DNA of 64,000 nucleotides from Rebecca billardiae RCC1528 (Eukaryota; Protista; Haptophyta): NCBI GenBank assembly GCA_965240325.2, contig OZ251242.1, positions 124,001 to 188,000 of the forward strand, read 5' to 3'. Shown piece by piece: positions 57,955 to 64,000 of this stretch (position 1 is its first letter; each line of letters starts with the position of its first letter). The notes under the pieces were generated by a model. It saw only the letters and a program-made list of their open reading frames with translations, ran no database searches and was not told where the DNA came from. The position numbers and the translations under genes were made by a program.

Positions 57955-59715
57955 TGGGTGCCGCACACGCTGTCAGCACGCCGCGGGGTGTCCGCCGTCG
58001 GCGGCGCGGCTGTCCGGCGGCGGGCGCGTGCGCGCCCGCCGCCGCTCGGCCCGCCCGCGTCAGCACACTGCACACAGCACAGGCGGCCGGCCGTTGGCCG
58101 ACCGTTACGTCAATCGTCACAATCATTAATGGCGGGCCGTAGGTCCGCCCCTTGTAGTGCCCGGGAAAAGGATAAGAAAAAGAAAAGGAAAAAAGAAAAT
58201 CGCCTCGCAAAGAAAAGAAAATCGCCTCGCTCACTGCCGGGTCGCTTCGCTCACTACCGGGCGCCCTCGCAGCTCCCACTGGGGACGCTCGGCCGAAAGA
58301 GAGTCCTGGATGGCGCGGAGCGCGTGGGCCGCGCGCGCCGAATCCAACGCCGGAGCGGACATCGTGAGAAGACTCCCGAGGGGGGTTTTCGCCCGATTCG
58401 CGATTGCTGCCCTCGTCGTCTCGCGTGCAGGTCGAACGGGGGCTAAATCGACGCGTTTGGAGCGGTACGCTCGGCGCGTCGACACGATCGTGCGACCTGG
58501 GGCGATCCTCGCCTGACGTGCACGTCGAAAGCTCGCACCGGCCATAGCATCAAGCGCTGCGCACGATGGCCGCCTCGCTCGATTCACCGTCGCGCGTCGG
58601 GCTCGGTGCGGAACGGCCCTCATCACGAGGCGTCTCGCGGGCGGGAAGCGCCATCGCACGCGACGCAAGATTTGGCGCGGCCTTCTGAACACCATAACCG
58701 GAATCCACACACCGGACTGTCGCGTGCCCCGGTCCAGTGGTCAGCAAGGTCGGGCGCATGCAAATCCGTTTGCTACGATCGGTGGTGTTCCAGCGCGGGC
58801 GATCATGTTTCGCGCTCGCGAGCTCGCGGCCAAAGATCGCTCGGCGCTCGAGGGCCCACGTCCGGCCTGCATGGCGCCGACGGTGACCAATGCGACGGAG
58901 GGGCAGCGCAAAGCGGCGTACGACGCGCACCGCACGCACCTCCCGGGTTTGCAGCCGTGGAAGGAACCGGGTCTTGGCGAGTCGGCGGCCCTCGTCGCAC
59001 AGCGCTATGACCGATTGACCGATCCCAGAGGCGCATCCGCGACGAGCTGAAACGCCGAGCGTGCAACATTGTCGCCCCATCCTCCACCATGTCACGAGCG
59101 CTGCGGGACGAGGCCGACGTCGTGAAGCCAGTGGCACATGCGCTGCGCTTCCTGTGCCTGCTCGAGCAGCGCGTGCCGGCACCCTCGATCGCGAGTGGCA
59201 CACGCTCTCGCACTGCGCGCGCGCGCACCGCACTTCCAGACGACCTAAACAAATGAAACATGACATCACACTCCGCCACCACTGTTTAGCTCCGAGGACA
59301 TTGAACCGTCACCGTCAGGCGTCACAAGCAAGCCCGGCCGTCGCACGCCAATCAGTTATTGGCCAGTGCGTGCGCACAGTCGACGGCTCGGCTGTCGGCA
59401 CCCGGGATGACGAGTAGCGCCGAGTGGGTGCACGAATACACGCGCAATCACACTGTCGGTGAGATCACCAGAGTCATCTGTCGCGTTATTATTCGTCAGT
59501 GAGTCAGGTAGCTCACCATCATCTGTGTGTCGCATTGTAGTATTCGTCATCCTGCCCGTCAAACCGCTAAATAAAAGCAGCGCGAACCCGCTGGGGAAAT
59601 ATTGCGACAGCACTGGCACGGCCCGCCGACCCCCCGCCCGCCGCCGGGCAGAGTTTTTTGGTGGTTTTCAACTTATTAGAAAAAAAATAGGGCACACACT
59701 TCTGCTCCCGGACTC

Positions 59716-60885
59716 ATGGCGGCCGCGCGGCCGTGCCGCGGACGCGCGGCGCTCGTGGCGGCGGCGGCGCTCGCCGCGGCGGGCGGGCGCGCGCGCGCGC
59801 AGGAGGGCGCGTTCACGCTCGACCTCCCGCGCTTCCTTTTCGAGCAGCACCACCTCGCCGCGCACACCGCCGGCCTGCTCGCGTCGACGCCGCTCGGCCG
59901 CGCGTCGATGTCGTATGTGGACGGCGTGACGACCGAGGCGCTGACGCACCCGTACGGCCTCGAGTTCGGCGCGGACGGCTCGCTCTTCGTCGCGTCATTT
60001 GCCCTCGACCACGTCGTGCGCATCTCGTGGAGCCTCCCCGGCGAGCACGCGCGCGCGCGCTACCGCGTGTTTGCGCAGGTCGACGCGCCGGTGGGCCTCG
60101 CGTACGACGCGCGCGGCGAGGGCTCGGGCGGCGAGGCGCGCACGCTGTACGTCGGCTCGTTCACCGCCGACCTGATCTACGCGTTCAACGACGCGGGCGA
60201 GCTCCTCCGCGCCTTCGGCGACGAGGACGAGCTCGACTGCCCCGAGGGCATGAGCTTTGGGCCCGACCACTCCCTGTACGTCGTGTCCTTCCTAACGCAG
60301 CACGTCGCGCGGTACGACGCGGCGCGCGGCGCGTTCCTCGGCGTGTTCGCCGCGACGGCGGCGGGCGGCTCGCGCGCGCCCGGCGCGCTCGTCGGGCCCG
60401 AGGACCTCGCGTGGGCGCTCGTCGCGCCCGCCAACGCCACGCACGCCGCGCGGTGGGACCTCTTTGTGACCTCGTACCTCACGTCACTCGTGCAGCAGTT
60501 CGACGGGCGGAGCGGCGCGTGGGTGCGCGCGCTCGGCGCGGGCGTGCTCGACGGGCCGGTCGGGATCGAGCGCTCGCCGCTCGACCCGTCCAGGCTGCTC
60601 GTCGCCTCGTACCGCGCCAACGCCGTGCACGCCTTCGACGCGCGCGAGCAGGGCGCGTTTGCGGGCGTGGCGGTGGGGCGGGAGGAGACGGACGAGGGCG
60701 GCCGGCTGCGGCGCGGCGGGCTGAGCGGCCCGACGGCGCTCGCCTTCTCGCCCGCCGACCTGACGCTGTTCGTCGCGAGCTACGTCAACAGCCACGTGCT
60801 GCGCTACAACTACTCCGCGAGCGCCGAGCGGTACTCGACGTACAGCCGCGTCACCACCACGCCCGGCGGCGCTGCGGCGCGGTGA
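59716..60885 (+). CDS. Secreted six-bladed beta-propeller (NHL/Vgb/SMP-30-like) protein, intronless
   Basis: Signal peptide. Repeats HPYGLEFGADGSLFVAS, APVGLAYD, CPEGMSFGPDHSLYVVS, GPEDLAW, GPVGIERS, GPTALAFSP..LFVAS. Confidence 0.8.
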   Translation: MAAARPCRGRAALVAAAALAAAGGRARAQEGAFTLDLPRFLFEQHHLAAHTAGLLASTPLGRASMSYVDGVTTEALTHPYGLEFGADGSLFVASFALDHVVRISWSLPGEHARARYRVFAQVDAPVGLAYDARGEGSGGEARTLYVGSFTADLIYAFNDAGELLRAFGDEDELDCPEGMSFGPDHSLYVVSFLTQHVARYDAARGAFLGVFAATAAGGSRAPGALVGPEDLAWALVAPANATHAARWDLFVTSYLTSLVQQFDGRSGAWVRALGAGVLDGPVGIERSPLDPSRLLVASYRANAVHAFDAREQGAFAGVAVGREETDEGGRLRRGGLSGPTALAFSPADLTLFVASYVNSHVLRYNYSASAERYSTYSRVTTTPGGAAAR

Positions 60886-63459
60886 CGCGCGCGTGAGTAA
60901 TAATGATCTCTCGTCCGTCTCTAGCTCTCTCTCTCTCTATGGCGTTATAGCAGGGAATCTATAACGACCGAGTAGTGTCTATGAGCGACGCCAAGAATCC
61001 GCGGCTCGCATATGATGATGATGGCATTCCATCAGGCGGCTAATCAGCAGCAGTTGTCCCCGGCGCGGACACGTCGCGGCCGCGCGCCCGAGTCTGTGGA
61101 CTGTCCGCGCCTATACTCCTCGGCAGTGCGCTGTCGGCCAATATCCGGCCCACAGCGGCGCACCTGGTCCTGCAGGACTCGGTTTGAGTTACTCCGTGAT
61201 GACCGTACTCGCTCATTATCGGCGGGCCACGTTTCGCTCGTCTGAGGGCGTATCGGGCTGCTTGCGTGACGAAGGCGCCGAGCTGGGCAGGGGGATCCGC
61301 CTGCCGCATCGGACCACTCCCGAGTCAGGCGCACTCTCCGCCGCGGGAGCGGGTGCACCGAAGCGAAGGCCGCAGCCCCTCCGTGTCTCGGCAAGGTCGC
61401 TGGCTGTCCGCGTCATCCGTGTGGCCCGGCTCCCCGCCTGATCGTTCGGCGGCGCGACTACATCATCTCAGTGGCTCGCCGCGTCGCCCCTCATGCAATA
61501 TATGCCCTCTGCTTGCTCTCGCCGCTGGCGCTGTTGCGTCAACCCGCACGCTTCAATATTATTCATATCGCGCGCGTTTGCTCGCCCGCCCTCTCGCCTC
61601 GCCGGCCGGGCCTAAAGACTCAGCGTCGTGGGACTCTGTCCCTCCGTGCGTCCCCCCGCGCCTGCCGCGGCGGATGGACCTAGCCTAGTCCTAGCTAAGA
61701 AACTGAGACTCCGTAGGCGCTCGGGTTACCGAACGGCTAAGAAACCGAGACTGCTCAGCCGTGAGATCGTCTCTGATGATATTATGATTTCTTATAATAT
61801 TGCCCGCGATTGATGCCTGTATCTGATATATAGGGGGTCGCGTACGGTACCACGTCGTCCCTGCTGCTCGATCTGCTGCTACGGCAGCTTGCTAACTCTG
61901 ACGCCTGCCCGTTGCATACCACGTCGTTAGTATTAGTATACGACTAAGCGCCACACTCCACAAGGGATCCGGAGCAGCGGAGTCGGAGACCGTGCTGCAG
62001 CACTAGCAGTTAGGCAAATCGGCGACGCGAGATGCGGAATGATAATACTATACGACCACGACGACAGCAGCAGATGACGAGAGCCAAGCTACATCATCTC
62101 AGAGGCCTCCTGGGTCGTCTCGGGCCAGCACGCCGGACTCGCCGGCCGCCCGCCCGGAGCGCAGCCCTGTCCGCGGAGCGCAGCTGCCGGCGAGCCGCTG
62201 GCCGAGCGGCCTGCTCCAGCGTGACCACCTGCAGCAAACGGATAAGCGGGCAGTCATCGGATATATGGCCTGAGGCGCCTGACCACCCGAGTCTGACGGA
62301 TAGCGCCCGTGTGGTGGCAGCGCGCTCTGCCCGTCTGGGCTGACAGGCCAGCTGGCTGGCCGCGCGCCTGGCCTCGTTCGTGCGCGCTCCCAGCAGAGTG
62401 GCACATGTTCGGGCACTTAGTCCTGCGGGCCGCCCGTGCCTGATGCATCAGCAGCTGCCGTGTCGTGGTGGCGAGGCCATCACGGGAATCCCAATCACGT
62501 GTGCTGCGCAGCCGATGCGACAGTGCCAAACTGCGCATACTGCGGTGGCATGGCGCGCATGCAGTGGCACGCCTCACGTCGCCCGGCCGCTCGGCCAGCT
62601 CCATGCATGCACCATGCATGGATCGGGCAATCTACTGGCACCCGCCTGGCATCTATACAGCCTGTAGACGACAGGGCAACAGCGCGCTTCGGATGCACAG
62701 CTTCCTCCCACCACACAACGAGCGGGTTGCAACGCGGAACGCCCATGCGCGCTCCAGTTGCTCGAACCTAGCCGTAACGACGGCGTGACGCGCGGATCTG
62801 GCGAACGGCGGGCCGCCCGCCCGGCGATTGCATGCGGCACTGCGGCACCGCGTTGTCGTCGCAGCACGGGCAGCAGCGTCTCCCTCACTCCACAATCGTG
62901 CTCGCAGCATCATGTAGTGGCGGTCGTGCGCCGCGGCAAATCAGCACCACCGCCACTCCGCCACTCAACGTGGCCGGCACGGATGCACAACGATGACCGT
63001 CGGCGGGTCGCCGACAGTAGCTTCACGAATATCACAGTCGAATCTTCGTCAGCTTCTTTCAGCTTGATCGGATTGGTTGGGACTTGGGCGGCCCGAATCT
63101 GCTTAGACATCTATTAACGGCGCAGGTATGCTGATTGAATGTTGTTTCATCAAGTGGTACGCCGGGAGAGATCTCGCTCTAGTAAAACAAAATATATGGT
63201 TTCAGTACTTGGTATTACGCCATGCTGAGCGATCTCGCTGTGCCCACAAATATATGAGCTGGTTAAGTCGGTTGGCGGCACCCCTCATCGTTGTGAGTGC
63301 TGCTTGAGTTCCACTCACCGTCCCGTCGGGCGCCAAGCTCAGGGTATCAACACCTCACTTGACATCATCGCCATCGGTCGTCTTTTCGCCGTGGGGACGC
63401 CGGCGGGGCGCAACCTCCGCACGCTGCCTCGAAGCTTTGGAGTCCCCAACAGGGCCGGC

Positions 63460-64000
63460 ATGGCTCCGCCCGCCCCGGTTTGCCTCGAAGCACATGCCAA
63501 AGCAATAAACGACGACCGCGTAATTGGGGACGGCGACGGCGAGCACCCCGCCGATGCTTCTGCCGCAGCAGCCGACGACGAGGTCGGGCTCGCCGCCGGC
63601 AGCAAAGGTCAGTCGAAGCGACGCACGTGGTCGGCAGGAGAGGACGCGAACCTGAAAGAAGTATGTCTTGCTCATTGCAAAAGCCCCACGCACATCCGCG
63701 GCGAGTGAAGCCCTGCGGCCAGGGTGCGCGCGCGGAACCATCCTGACGCCGCCGCTCCGCCGCGCGGTGGACGCGTCACCCCCACGATCGCACGTGCATG
63801 CGCACGCGCGCAGGTGGTCGAACGGCTCGGTGCCGGGCAGTGGGCGCTGATCGCCGAGAACATGGGTGTGCGCCTCGCGCGAGCGCGCCAGGTGCATGGT
63901 AGGGCCAATTCCAGAAACCCCCGGCCCATCGACCGCTCACGCGTGCGCTCGCGCCTCCCGCTCGCCTGCCTCGCGCGCTGACTGACTACTGCGCTCAGGG
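63460..64000 (+). CDS. Myb/SANT-domain transcription factor, 5' part (exons 63460-63660, 63814-~63865; continues beyond the window)
   Basis: KRRTWSAGEDANLKE|VVERLGAGQWALIAENMG is a canonical Myb repeat once GTATG..CAG intron 63661-63813 is removed. Confidence 0.85.

Noticed and set aside
1-64000. tRNA, rRNA or intact transposase genes
   Set aside because: None recognisable by eye. tRNAscan-SE, Infernal and a repeat search were not run, so small ncRNAs cannot be excluded.

Overview
Very GC-rich, gene-dense eukaryotic nuclear DNA with short GT-AG introns (donors mostly GTGCGC, acceptors CAG, CT[C/G]AC branch-like motifs). Composition, intron style and TTAGGG repeats suggest a haptophyte alga such as a member of Pavlovales; this is inference. 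About 20 genes can be built by hand: a TLC-like membrane protein, a secreted/TM orphan, a Wee1/Myt1 kinase, a hemerythrin-like protein, a giant URB1/Npa1, TBL3/UTP13, a low-complexity orphan, an AP2-domain factor, a small Cys-rich secreted protein, a tRNA-binding OB-fold protein, a class I sirtuin, a GT61 glycosyltransferase, a CCHC zinc-knuckle protein, an FtsH-like AAA ATPase without protease domain, a calmodulin-like protein, an RTX-repeat surface protein, malate synthase G head-to-head with isocitrate lyase, a secreted beta-propeller and the start of a Myb gene. Most other six-frame ORFs are GC shadow frames. Highlights: (1) an inverted copy of part of the AAA gene has decayed almost entirely by many short, often templated insertions, pointing to an insertion-dominated mutational process; (2) a 14-bp perfect palindrome has spread in-frame through the URB1 coding sequence and is read in all three registers; (3) a divergent glyoxylate-shunt pair (bacterial-type MSG plus plant/fungal-type ICL) has mitochondrial-looking leaders and no PTS1; (4) telomeric arrays sit inside introns with the branch-point-like CCCTAAC on the pre-mRNA strand; (5) the sirtuin lacks three of four zinc-ligand cysteines; (6) an intron-containing gene encodes an RTX beta-roll plus extensin-like stalk plus TM anchor.
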